DNA from: Candidatus Woesearchaeota archaeon
GTDB lineage: Archaea > Nanobdellota > Nanobdellia > Woesearchaeales > 21-14-0-10-32-9
Direction: 5' to 3'
Assembly: GCA_020854775.1 (NCBI GenBank)
Contig: JAHKLZ010000044.1
Coordinates: 6,415-70,414, forward strand
Length of the DNA: 64,000 bases
Below, piece by piece: positions 9,870 to 18,674 of the stretch. Position 1 is the first letter of the stretch. Each line of letters starts with the position of its first letter. Under the pieces are notes generated by a model. It was not told the DNA's origin. It made no database searches and saw only the letters and a list, made by a program, of their open reading frames with translations. A program made the position numbers and the translations under genes.

Positions 9870-10625
9870 TTACTCAAACACCCTCTTCTTAGATTTTTTA
9901 ACATTCTTCTTAACAACTCTACCAGAAGACTTTTTCTTTAAAGTTTTCTTAGCATCCTTAATAATAATTTTCCAATCCTGCTTCTCCTCCCTAGACAACA
10001 AATCCTTATCAAGCTCAGACAAATGCTTACCTTTATCTTCAGCTTTTTTAACCAAATCAAAAATCTTCTTAACAGCTTCCTTAGGAGTAACAGCACCATA
10101 AACAAATTCAGTCTTACGCTCATCAAAATACTTATCAGAAATCTCCTCAGCCATACCCCCACTAGTCGTAAGAGCAACAATAGGTTTACTCATCATATAA
10201 CCATAAGTAGCCTCATTAAGAGTACCTGCACCACCCTGAACAATGATAGCACCATCACAACTATTCAAATTAATACTATTACGACTCCAACCAATACCAG
10301 TAGCAACAACGATATCAGCATAATTATTAACCTTACTCATACTCTCCCAAGGAACAATAGCCAATGTAACCCCTCCTTCTTTCTTAGCACCCTTAAGAGC
10401 AGCCTCCATAACACCCAAACCACCACCAGTTAAAGTAACAGCCTTACGCTTAGCAATCTCCTGACCAACCTCAAAAGCCATATTATAACCCCTAACAGAA
10501 CAAATAACCTCACTAGAACCAAGAACCGCGATTTGCAAAGGACGCTTAGACTTCTTCACAACACTATTAATGTACTTAACCTTATCATAATCCATACTTT
10601 TTTCAACTTTAACTTTCTTCATCAT
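9870..10625 (-). CDS. LOG/TIGR00725-like Rossmann protein (SLOG superfamily) with Lys-rich C-terminal tail
   Basis: Motifs TGGGLGVMEAALKGA and QGGAGTLNE match the LOG family GGGxGxM and PGGxGTxxE. The last ~60 aa are K-rich. Its stop abuts the pheT start codon (9869/9870). Confidence 0.7.
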   Translation of the reverse strand: MMKKVKVEKSMDYDKVKYINSVVKKSKRPLQIAVLGSSEVICSVRGYNMAFEVGQEIAKRKAVTLTGGGLGVMEAALKGAKKEGGVTLAIVPWESMSKVNNYADIVVATGIGWSRNSINLNSCDGAIIVQGGAGTLNEATYGYMMSKPIVALTTSGGMAEEISDKYFDERKTEFVYGAVTPKEAVKKIFDLVKKAEDKGKHLSELDKDLLSREEKQDWKIIIKDAKKTLKKKSSGRVVKKNVKKSKKRVFE

Positions 10626-10634
10626 CTCACCTTC

Positions 10635-12149
10635 TTACTTAATAAAAACCTTAATTTTTTTCAAATACTCCAAATCATTTTTATAAATATCACGAATATC
10701 AGTAATATCATAATATTTAGAAATAATACGCTCCATACCAAGACCCCAAGCAAGAACAGGACACTCAAAACCAAGCAAAGTCTTAGTAACTTCAGGTCTC
10801 ATAATACCAGCACCACCCATCTCAACCCACTGCTTCTTAACAGGATTATACGCATCAACCTCAGCACTAGGCTCAGTATAAGGAAAATGAGCAGGTCTAA
10901 TCCTAACATCAGAAAAACCCATCTTCTTAAAAAACTCTTTCAAATAACCCTTAAGCTTAGGCAAATCACCATCAGGATCAACAACAATACCCTCAACCTG
11001 ATAAAACTCAAATAAATGTTTCCAATCCAAAGCCTCATTCCTAAAATTCTTACCAATAACAAAAAACTTCTTAGGCAAATCCTCCTTCTTCAATTCAGAA
11101 AATTTAATTGCGCTCAACACAGTAGTATGAGTCCTAAGAACCAAATCTTCAGAAACATCCTTAGAAAAAGAACCACCCCAACCCTTACTACCAGTATCAC
11201 CACCACTGACATGAACACTTTTAACCTTATCAAAAAAAACCTTACTCACAGAACGCTTACCATCAAGATAAAAAGTATCTTGCATCTCCCTAGCAGGATG
11301 ATCCTGAGGAACAAACAAAGCATCCAAATTCCAAAACGCGTTCTGAACCTGATCACCATCCATTTCCTCAAAACCAAGTTCTAACCAAATGCTCTTAATA
11401 TAATATCTAGCCTCATTAACGAAGTGCTTCCTACCAACACTAACACTAGGAACATCACCACTAACATCGTATTTCTTAAAAGAATAATCCTTTCCACTTT
11501 TAATGACACTAGAAGTAACTTTTTCCTCAAAATTTTGATCAAACTTATCAGACTCACAAACCTTTTTACCTTCCTCAGTTACACTAGCAAACCACTCACT
11601 CTTCTTATCCTTAACAATAACATCTTTACGTTTTAAAAGATTATTAACAAGAACAACTTCTTGCTTACTCAAAGAATCCTCATTCAAAGGCAATTTCTTC
11701 AACAAATCTTCTTCTAAAAAACCAGATTTAAGCTTATTAACACCAATATTAGTAATAGAAAAATACAAAACATCCTTTTTATCAATAGAAATAAAACCAT
11801 CCTTCTTTAACAACCCAGTACAAGCATTAATTTCTTCCCTAGAAATAACCTTACTTAAATCACCAATACTAACCTCGTCCTTATCAACCAAAGTCTTAAG
11901 AAATAAATGCTCAGGCAAACCCTTAGAAACATAAATCAAACCATTTTTACCAAGAACTAAAACATTAACATCTTTCTTCTCCAAAACAACCAAATCCTTA
12001 TTAGACAACCATTGCAAACTACGCATAACAACAATTTCCTTTAAACCAGTATTCTCAACAATATCTAACAAAGAAGATTTCTTCTTAACAAAACGCAAAA
12101 CCTTCTTCTCAGAAGCACTAAGACCCTCTATAACTTCGCTAAAATTCAT
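10635..12149 (-). CDS. pheS: phenylalanyl-tRNA synthetase alpha subunit
   Basis: 504 aa. Class II motifs FRNEALDWKHLFEFYQVEG, GGAGIMRPEV, WGLGMERI. N-terminal winged-helix repeats. Confidence 0.9.
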   Translation of the reverse strand: MNFSEVIEGLSASEKKVLRFVKKKSSLLDIVENTGLKEIVVMRSLQWLSNKDLVVLEKKDVNVLVLGKNGLIYVSKGLPEHLFLKTLVDKDEVSIGDLSKVISREEINACTGLLKKDGFISIDKKDVLYFSITNIGVNKLKSGFLEEDLLKKLPLNEDSLSKQEVVLVNNLLKRKDVIVKDKKSEWFASVTEEGKKVCESDKFDQNFEEKVTSSVIKSGKDYSFKKYDVSGDVPSVSVGRKHFVNEARYYIKSIWLELGFEEMDGDQVQNAFWNLDALFVPQDHPAREMQDTFYLDGKRSVSKVFFDKVKSVHVSGGDTGSKGWGGSFSKDVSEDLVLRTHTTVLSAIKFSELKKEDLPKKFFVIGKNFRNEALDWKHLFEFYQVEGIVVDPDGDLPKLKGYLKEFFKKMGFSDVRIRPAHFPYTEPSAEVDAYNPVKKQWVEMGGAGIMRPEVTKTLLGFECPVLAWGLGMERIISKYYDITDIRDIYKNDLEYLKKIKVFIK

Positions 12150-12198
12150 AACCCATCAAACCATCAATAATTAAAAAAAAATAAAAAAGAAAAAAAAA

Positions 12199-13011
12199 TT
12201 ATTTTTTAATTTTTATTTCCTTCATGCCCTTCCAAGCAATCTCGAACAAATTATCAATAGTCGCAGAGAAAAAAGGAGAATTAATCCAAATACCTAAATC
12301 ATACGTAGGATGAATCTCCTTATCATCCATAATCATAAAAATAATTTCACGACCATCAACAACGATGAAACGAGCATTAGCATCAGTATGTCTAACCTCG
12401 GCAACGCCCTTAAGCTCCAGAGCAGCATTCTCAGTTTCCTTATTCATACTAGTAGCAATCCTAATAGAAACACCTCGCTTCTTAAGTTGTTCAAAAACAG
12501 GCTTAAGACCCTCAACTTTCCTAAGAAAACCTTGAGACGTAGTCATAATAGAAACGGAACTCTCAGCATTCCTAATAGTCATATCGATATGATTATACAA
12601 ATTATGTCTTCCTTTCAAAGAAGCAGATAAATCAGCAGGCTCCACTAATTCCACGCCTTGAGTATGCAAAGAATTAAGTTCATCAACTAAATCAGTATTC
12701 TTAGATTCATCTAATAACTTAATGTGCTGATCAGCTTCAGATTTAATATTTTTTTTAACACGCTCTAAAACTTCTTTAGGAGGAACAGCAATATACTTAA
12801 TAGGCTTACCAATCTTCATAACCACGAAACCCTTCTTTTCAAGAGTTTCAAGAACATCATAACTCCTACTTCTAGGAACATTCGCAATATCAGACAACTC
12901 ACCAGCAGTACTAACACCACGAGAAAGAAGAGCAGTCCAAATCTTTACTTCATACAAATTAAGCGAAAAATACCGTCTTAGTTTATTTAAAAATTCATCT
13001 TTTACTATCAT
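12199..13011 (-). CDS. TrmB-family transcriptional regulator (paralog 1)
   Basis: N-terminal wHTH YEVKIWTALLSRGVSTAGELSDIANVPRSRSYDVLETLEKKGFV plus the TrmB C-terminal domain. The ORF is open to 13035 (TTG). The ATG at 13011 sits 9 nt after AGGGGGT and aligns with the paralog start, so it is preferred. Confidence 0.8.
   Translation of the reverse strand: MIVKDEFLNKLRRYFSLNLYEVKIWTALLSRGVSTAGELSDIANVPRSRSYDVLETLEKKGFVVMKIGKPIKYIAVPPKEVLERVKKNIKSEADQHIKLLDESKNTDLVDELNSLHTQGVELVEPADLSASLKGRHNLYNHIDMTIRNAESSVSIMTTSQGFLRKVEGLKPVFEQLKKRGVSIRIATSMNKETENAALELKGVAEVRHTDANARFIVVDGREIIFMIMDDKEIHPTYDLGIWINSPFFSATIDNLFEIAWKGMKEIKIKK
12777..12810. repeat. 34-nt exact DNA repeat shared with TrmB paralog 2 (copy at 60897-60930)
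   Basis: taggaggaacagcaatatacttaataggcttacc occurs at both loci. A second 23-nt exact match lies at 12908-12930 and 61028-61050, at the same offset of 48120 nt. Confidence 0.9.
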
Positions 13012-13231
13012 TTTCATCATACCCCCTAGGGACAAGCCCCCCTCTTTTTATAACATATAATTCACTACTACTTTATATAATTTTGTTTTTTTTTACTATT
13101 CACTAATCGTGCTTCTGTGTTGATTACTACACAGTGTCGTTTTTTTGTAATTTATAATAAGTGGTGTTTTTCCTTAAAATAAATAAAAAACCTTAGTAAG
13201 TTTTATTTACTAAAACGTATTTGTACAAATA

Positions 13232-14272
13232 ATGGATATAATAAAACACGATTACAAAACAGGAGAAGCAACCATAAGAATAACAGATGAAGAAGACTTA
13301 TGGCACTTAAGCCACTTAATAGAACCAGAAGACTTAGTTAAAGGACAAACTGAAAGAAAAATAAAAATAGGGTCTGAAGACAACTTCAAAGTAGTCAGAA
13401 AAAAAGTATATCTCAAATTAGAAACAGAAAAAACAGAATACGTACCAGAAAATAATTCACTAAGAATACTAGGGCCTATAAAAGAAGGCCCAGATGACGT
13501 ATCTCTAGGAAGCTATCATTCTTTCAATCTGGAAATAAATGATATAATAACACTAACAAAAAAAACATGGTCAAATTACCAAATAAAAAGATTAAAAGAA
13601 TCAACAATACCAAGAAAAAAAAGCTTACTAACAATATTTGACAGAGAAGAAGCAATAATAGGAATACTAACACAAAAAGGATTCGAGAAACTAACAGAAA
13701 TAAAAGGAGACGTCAAGAAAAAAATAGAAAATTCATCAGGCTCAGACTCTTTTTTCAAAGAACTAGCAAAAACAATACACGAATACAAAGAAAGATTAAA
13801 AACAGACAGAATAATATTAGGAAGCCCCGCGTTTTGGAAAGAATACGTATTAAAAGAATTACCAGAAGAAACAAGAAAAAAAACAATGACTTGCACAATA
13901 TCAAACGTTTCAGAAACATCCATAAAAGAATTATTAAAAAGTCCCGAATTAGGAAAAACACTAGATGATGATAGATCCGCACTAGAAGAAAAACACATAG
14001 AAGAATTAATGAAAGCAATAAGCGAAGAAAAAGCATTCTACGGAATAAAAGAAGCAACAGAAAAAATAAATCTAGGAGCAACATCACAAGTAATAATATC
14101 AGAGAAATTCCTAAAAGAATCAAGAGATAAAGGAAATTACAAAGAAATAGACAAATTACTAAGAACAGCCGAAGGAACAAACTCAGAAGTAATAATAATA
14201 ACACAAAAAGAACCAATAACTAAAATAGACGGATTAGGCGGAATAGCAGGAATTCTAAGATGGAAAATATGA
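13232..14272 (+). CDS. pelA: Pelota/Dom34 ribosome rescue factor
   Basis: 346 aa. The N-terminal MDIIKHDYKTGEATIRITDEEDLWHLSHLIEPEDLV is typical of Pelota. The remainder is eRF1-like. Confidence 0.85.
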   Translation: MDIIKHDYKTGEATIRITDEEDLWHLSHLIEPEDLVKGQTERKIKIGSEDNFKVVRKKVYLKLETEKTEYVPENNSLRILGPIKEGPDDVSLGSYHSFNLEINDIITLTKKTWSNYQIKRLKESTIPRKKSLLTIFDREEAIIGILTQKGFEKLTEIKGDVKKKIENSSGSDSFFKELAKTIHEYKERLKTDRIILGSPAFWKEYVLKELPEETRKKTMTCTISNVSETSIKELLKSPELGKTLDDDRSALEEKHIEELMKAISEEKAFYGIKEATEKINLGATSQVIISEKFLKESRDKGNYKEIDKLLRTAEGTNSEVIIITQKEPITKIDGLGGIAGILRWKI

Positions 14273-14273
14273 G

Positions 14274-15134
14274 ATGAAAAAAGTGAAAATAACAGAAGAA
14301 ACATTCATAGAAATAACTAACAAGAAAGAACTAAGAGGAATAAACAAAGAAATAATAAGAAAAATAATACAAGAACACAAAAAACAAAATGAAACAACAC
14401 ACAAAAAATTAGAACAAAATAATTATAACAAAAAATCAAAAGAATACTTAACACTAAAAAAATACGTAAGAAAAAGACTAAGAGAATTACATGGAGTATT
14501 TCAAAAAAACAAACTAAGCCCAAAAAAGCAAGAAGACTTACTAAAAAACAAAGATTTTAATTTTCACTCAGAAAAAACTCAAAAATTCTTAAAATCACAC
14601 CGCTCAACAAAAGAAAGACTAAACAATTATGAAACACTCTACACAGAACTAGAAAAAGAAAAACCAATAACTACTCTAGCAGACCTAGGATGCGGACTAA
14701 ACCCTTTATCATATTCATTACTAAAAAAACTAAGAAATTGTTTTTGCACAGACATAAACGAAGAAGAAATAAATTTTTTGAACAAATACTTTGAAAAAAC
14801 ACCATTCAAAGGAGAAGCACAAACACTAGACTTAACAAAAGAAGAAACACTAAAAATAATAAACAACAAAACAAAAAAAACAACTCATTGCTTCTTATTC
14901 AAAGTATTAGACGGACTAGAATCAATACAAAAAAACATATCAAAAACAATAATAAAAAACATAAACTCAGAAACAATAATAATATCATTCTCAAAAACAA
15001 CAATAAGCGGAAAAAAAATAACATCAGAAAGAAAATGGTTCAAAAAAATACTCGACGAACAAAAACAACAAGGAACAAAAATAACCTTTATTAACCTAGG
15101 AAACGAAGAATACCATATATTAAACAAACCATAA
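14274..15134 (+). CDS. FmrO/ArmA/Rmt-like 16S rRNA (guanine-N7) methyltransferase homolog
   Basis: LKSHRSTKERL (HxSTxER block) followed by ADLGCGLNPLSY (SAM pocket), then TDINEEEINFL, FLFKVLDGLE, IISFSKTTISGKK, LGNEEYHIL. These are colinear with ArmA/RmtB-type aminoglycoside-resistance methyltransferases as I recall them. The ATG lies 1 nt after the pelota stop. Confidence 0.65.
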   Translation: MKKVKITEETFIEITNKKELRGINKEIIRKIIQEHKKQNETTHKKLEQNNYNKKSKEYLTLKKYVRKRLRELHGVFQKNKLSPKKQEDLLKNKDFNFHSEKTQKFLKSHRSTKERLNNYETLYTELEKEKPITTLADLGCGLNPLSYSLLKKLRNCFCTDINEEEINFLNKYFEKTPFKGEAQTLDLTKEETLKIINNKTKKTTHCFLFKVLDGLESIQKNISKTIIKNINSETIIISFSKTTISGKKITSERKWFKKILDEQKQQGTKITFINLGNEEYHILNKP

Positions 15135-15187
15135 AAAAAACAATTTTATCTAAAACTTTTTAAATAAACTAATCTTTTAATTCGTTA

Positions 15188-15206
15188 ATTCTGCAAAAAG
15201 CAGAAT
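15188..15206 (+). promoter_or_regulatory. perfect 7-bp hairpin in the 5' leader of the TRAM gene
   Basis: ATTCTGC-AAAAA-GCAGAAT lies between the TATA-like TTTTAAATAAA (15158-15168) and the AGGTGA Shine-Dalgarno/ATG at 15230. Confidence 0.5.
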
Positions 15207-15229
15207 CTTGAAATAGGTGAAATAAAAAA

Positions 15230-15802
15230 ATGAATGACAGATTTGAAAATAGGTCTAGGTACGGACACAACGACAGACAAAGATTCTCCCCACCAGTAAG
15301 AGTGGACGAAGAATTAGACGTCAAAATAGAAGCTGTAGGCGAAAAAGGAGACGGAGTAGCTAAAAAAAACGGTTTCGTTTTGTTTGTTCCAAACGTTAAA
15401 GAAGGAGACTACGTACGCGTAAAAGTCACAAGAGTTCTAAAAAAAGTAGGATTCGCAGAAGTAGTAGGCGAAGCACAAACACCAGAACCAGAAACTCATC
15501 AAGAAGAAAGAAGAGAAAAACCAAGAGAAGAACCTGAAGAAGAATTCCAACCATCAGAAGATGACTCAGAAGATTTCGGAGAAGACCCTGACCAAGGAAA
15601 TTCAGAAGATTTCTCAGAAGAACCTGAAGCTCCTGAAGTTGATGAGGAACCTAAGCAGGAAGATTCAGAACCTGAAGCTGAAACTCCTGAAGAAAAACCT
15701 GAACACGAAGTTTCCGATGAGGAACCTAAGCAGGAAGAAGATTCAGAACCTGAACAAGAAGACTCAGAAGATTTCTCAGAAGAACCTGAAGAAAAAAAAT
15801 AA
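15230..15802 (+). CDS. TRAM-domain RNA-binding protein with long acidic repeat tail
   Basis: The TRAM core is ELDVKIEAVGEKGDGVAKKNGFVLFVPNVKEGDYVRVKVTRVLKKVGFAEVV. The C-terminal ~110 aa are E/D/P/S-rich with repeated SEDFSEEPE and DEEPKQE(E)DSEPE units. Confidence 0.8.
   Translation: MNDRFENRSRYGHNDRQRFSPPVRVDEELDVKIEAVGEKGDGVAKKNGFVLFVPNVKEGDYVRVKVTRVLKKVGFAEVVGEAQTPEPETHQEERREKPREEPEEEFQPSEDDSEDFGEDPDQGNSEDFSEEPEAPEVDEEPKQEDSEPEAETPEEKPEHEVSDEEPKQEEDSEPEQEDSEDFSEEPEEKK
15602..15791 (+). repeat. in-frame direct repeats inside the TRAM acidic tail
   Basis: 28-nt exact copies tcagaagatttctcagaagaacctgaag at 15602-15629 and 15764-15791. 23-nt copies gatgaggaacctaagcaggaaga at 15641-15663 and 15716-15738. 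Confidence 0.85.
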
Positions 15803-15879
15803 ATCTCAAAATAACCTTTTTTCTTTTTTTTCTTTTTTAAAAATGATAAATTTTTAAACATCTATACATTTATGAATTT

Positions 15880-16764
15880 ATGGACTTTTTAAAAAAATAT
15901 GAATTAATGGGCGAAACATTCAATCCTGAAAAAACAAAACAAAAAAAAGCCCTAAGAATAAACACACTAAAAATAACAGAACAAGAACTAATAAAAAGAC
16001 TCACAAAGAAAAAAGTAAAACTAGAAAAAATAAAATTCTTAAAACACGGATATTTTTACGAAGCAGACTTCTCATTAGCAAGCACACAAGAATACTTACA
16101 AGGATACTTTTACATACAAGACGCAGCAGCACAAACACCAGCAGAAGTACTAAACCCTGAACAGGAAGAAATAATACTAGATATGGCTGCGTCACCAGGA
16201 GGAAAATGCACCCAAATAGCACAACTAATGAAAAACAAAGGAATAATAATAGCACTCGAAGAAAACAAATCAAGAATGCAAAGCCTAATTAACAACATAG
16301 AACGATTAAGCGTAACAAACACAACAATATTCAAAAAAGACGCCAGATTCTCACAAGACCTAGGAATACAATTCGACAAAATATTACTAGACGCGCCATG
16401 CGGAGGAAACTTCTGCGTAGAAAAAGATTACTTCAAAAAAAGAACACAACAAGACCTAGATTCAAAATCAAGAACACAAAAAGAATTACTAAGATCAGCT
16501 TATTTATCCCTAAAAAAAGAAGGAATACTAATATATAGCACGTGTTCATTAGAACCAGAAGAAAATGAATTAGTGATAGATTGGTTCTTAAAAGAATTCA
16601 AAGAAATGAAAATAGTAGAAACAAATTTAAATATAGGAAGCCCAGGAATAACAGAATACAAAAATTTAAAGTTAAATAAAGACTTAAAATTAACGAAGAG
16701 ATTCTGGCCACACCAAACAAACACGGACGGATTCTTCGTCGCGAGGCTAAAAAAATGGGTATGA
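15880..16764 (+). CDS. NOL1/NOP2/Sun-family RNA (cytosine-C5) methyltransferase
   Basis: SAM motif DMAASPGGKC. Catalytic Cys motifs DAPCGG and YSTCSLEPEENE. Confidence 0.85.
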   Translation: MDFLKKYELMGETFNPEKTKQKKALRINTLKITEQELIKRLTKKKVKLEKIKFLKHGYFYEADFSLASTQEYLQGYFYIQDAAAQTPAEVLNPEQEEIILDMAASPGGKCTQIAQLMKNKGIIIALEENKSRMQSLINNIERLSVTNTTIFKKDARFSQDLGIQFDKILLDAPCGGNFCVEKDYFKKRTQQDLDSKSRTQKELLRSAYLSLKKEGILIYSTCSLEPEENELVIDWFLKEFKEMKIVETNLNIGSPGITEYKNLKLNKDLKLTKRFWPHQTNTDGFFVARLKKWV

Positions 16765-17231
16765 TATCATCAATACTAAGATTATTCGGTTTTTTATCAT
16801 CATTCATAGGAACACTAATATTCGCAACTATATTCTACTTCACACTCGGAGAAACGTACGCATACACAATAGCGATAGGTTTGATAATAATATCTTTTTT
16901 CCTACTAATAACAAGAGTAAGTTTCAGAAAAAGAATAGCACTAAAATCATTCGCGAGACAAAAAGGAATGACAAGACAACACGCAAGACTTTTTTCAAAT
17001 AAAGTCCAAAACAAATACTTATCAGGACACATAAGCAGATCATTCTTAATAGGAACAACACTATTCACTTATAATCCTGTATTGTTAATACCAACAACCA
17101 TATTCTGCGCTTTAGTAATACTAGAAATAATGAGAACAAGACCCATAAATTTAACAAAAGTAATTCTAAGCTCAATACTAGGAACAGCTTCAGGAGTAAC
17201 AGCAATAATTATTTCGAAATTCTTACTCTAA
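16755..17231 (+). CDS. membrane protein, unknown function
   Basis: Four predicted hydrophobic helices. The start overlaps the NOP2 stop. An alternative ATGA-overlap start lies at 16761. Confidence 0.5.
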   Translation: MGMISSILRLFGFLSSFIGTLIFATIFYFTLGETYAYTIAIGLIIISFFLLITRVSFRKRIALKSFARQKGMTRQHARLFSNKVQNKYLSGHISRSFLIGTTLFTYNPVLLIPTTIFCALVILEIMRTRPINLTKVILSSILGTASGVTAIIISKFLL

Positions 17232-17306
17232 AACCTTTTTTTATCCGAAATTTTCTTAGCAATTATTATTTTGTAGTTGTACTTTAACAAAAACAGGTGA
17301 TAAAAA

Positions 17307-17519
17307 ATGGGATTAACCAACAAGAAAGAAGAACAACTAAGGCAAATGCCTTTAATAAAAAATAAAATAAGCAAAAGCAAAGATGGCAGATTCCTAATAC
17401 ATAGGACTGAACTAATAAACATTAAACCAATGGCTTATTACGAAGCAATTCTAAAAAACAACGAACAAATATTAGAAGAAACTGATGAAGACTTAAAAAC
17501 ATTAGTAGAACAAAACTAA
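17307..17519 (+). CDS. small hypothetical protein (70 aa)
   Basis: ORF preceded by AGGTGA 8 nt upstream. No recognisable motif. Confidence 0.4.
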   Translation: MGLTNKKEEQLRQMPLIKNKISKSKDGRFLIHRTELINIKPMAYYEAILKNNEQILEETDEDLKTLVEQN

Positions 17520-17589
17520 TAAATTTTTTTACTTTTTTATTTTTTTTAAAAAAAATAAATTTATATACTCATAAAACAAAGAAAATAAC

Positions 17590-18123
17590 ATGCGTTACTT
17601 CCTTGCAATTCCTTTACCAGAAGAAATCAAACAAAAACTACATTCTTTAAACACAGAAATATCAAAAATAAAAGGAACAAGATTAGTAAGCCCTGATAAT
17701 ATGCATTTAACTTTATTATTTCTAGGGGAAAACGGAGCAAAAAACAAAATAGACCAATTAAAAAAAATAAAATTTGAACCATTCAAAATAAAAACTTCAA
17801 ATATAGTATTATTTCCTGACGAATTAAGAATAAGACTTGTTTGGATAGAACTACAAAAATCTAAAGATTTAGAAAATTTACAACAAAAAATATCAAAAAT
17901 ATTTGATTTAAACAAAGAATACAAACCACACATAACTTTGGCGAGAATAAAAAAATTAACAAAAGAAGATAAAAAAGAATTAATAAAAATAATCAAAGAA
18001 ATTAATCTAAAAGAATTAAATATTAAAGTTAACAACTTCAAATTATATGGTAGTGAATTAACTGTGTTAGGGCCTGTTCATCGCGTAATAGAATACTTCG
18101 AATCAAACACCACTAAAAAGTAA
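17590..18123 (+). CDS. thpR: 2H phosphoesterase (LigT/ThpR, RNA 2',3'-cyclic phosphodiesterase / 2'-5' RNA ligase)
   Basis: Two HxTx motifs, NMHLTLLFLG and KPHITLARI, at the spacing typical of LigT. 177 aa. Confidence 0.8.
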   Translation: MRYFLAIPLPEEIKQKLHSLNTEISKIKGTRLVSPDNMHLTLLFLGENGAKNKIDQLKKIKFEPFKIKTSNIVLFPDELRIRLVWIELQKSKDLENLQQKISKIFDLNKEYKPHITLARIKKLTKEDKKELIKIIKEINLKELNIKVNNFKLYGSELTVLGPVHRVIEYFESNTTKK

Positions 18124-18167
18124 CAAAAAATAATAAATTTTATAAATTGTTGTGATTTTACAAATTC

Positions 18168-18533
18168 ATGATAGAAAAATTCATCGCTAAACATTATGAA
18201 ACATACATATCCTTAAAAAATATAAACAGGAAAAAAGTAATACAAAAAGAAATACCAGTAGCTTTCAATAAAGTTTTACAAGGATACTTCTCAGACAGCG
18301 AAGAAATAAAATTCAAAAAAATAGAACAAGAACAAACCAAAGTACTACTAAGCTCAATATATGCAGATAACACAAAAGAATTATTACAACTTCTAAAAAA
18401 TAACGAAATAAACACGGAAACAACACAAACGAAAATAGTAACATACCAATCAAAAAACCATTTTTACCACGTTCTAATCTCGAAACAAAATAATTCAAGC
18501 AAAATATACTGTCAAGGAAAAGAAAAAATATAA
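18168..18533 (+). CDS. hypothetical protein (121 aa)
   Basis: ORF only. No recognisable motif. Confidence 0.35.
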   Translation: MIEKFIAKHYETYISLKNINRKKVIQKEIPVAFNKVLQGYFSDSEEIKFKKIEQEQTKVLLSSIYADNTKELLQLLKNNEINTETTQTKIVTYQSKNHFYHVLISKQNNSSKIYCQGKEKI

Positions 18534-18565
18534 AAATAAACTCACTGGACAATTACGCTCTCAAC

Positions 18566-18578
18566 ATATTTAAATAAA
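18566..18578 (+). promoter_or_regulatory. TATA box for the PC4-like/radA transcription unit
   Basis: ATATTTAAATAAA lies about 95 nt upstream of the ATG at 18675. The leader is unusually G/C-containing. Confidence 0.45.
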
Positions 18579-18674
18579 GAAGTATTACCAAGTCTTAGAA
18601 CCCGTCATCTGGAGCCCTAGCAGCTCATAACAAAGGATGATTTGAAATAAAACGCGAAAGCAAGGGTGATAAAC

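Noticed and set aside
15561-15857. Alternative-frame ORFs over the TRAM acidic tail (15561-15857 plus strand, 15499-15861 minus strand).
   Set aside because: They are by-products of the repetitive GAA/GAT-rich sequence. The frame continuous with the TRAM domain is preferred.
18617-18665. C/D-box sRNA candidate in the PC4-like/radA leader (GGATGATTTGA).
   Set aside because: The string is not a proper RUGAUGA C box. No CUGA D box or terminal stem was found. It is more simply part of the 5' UTR.
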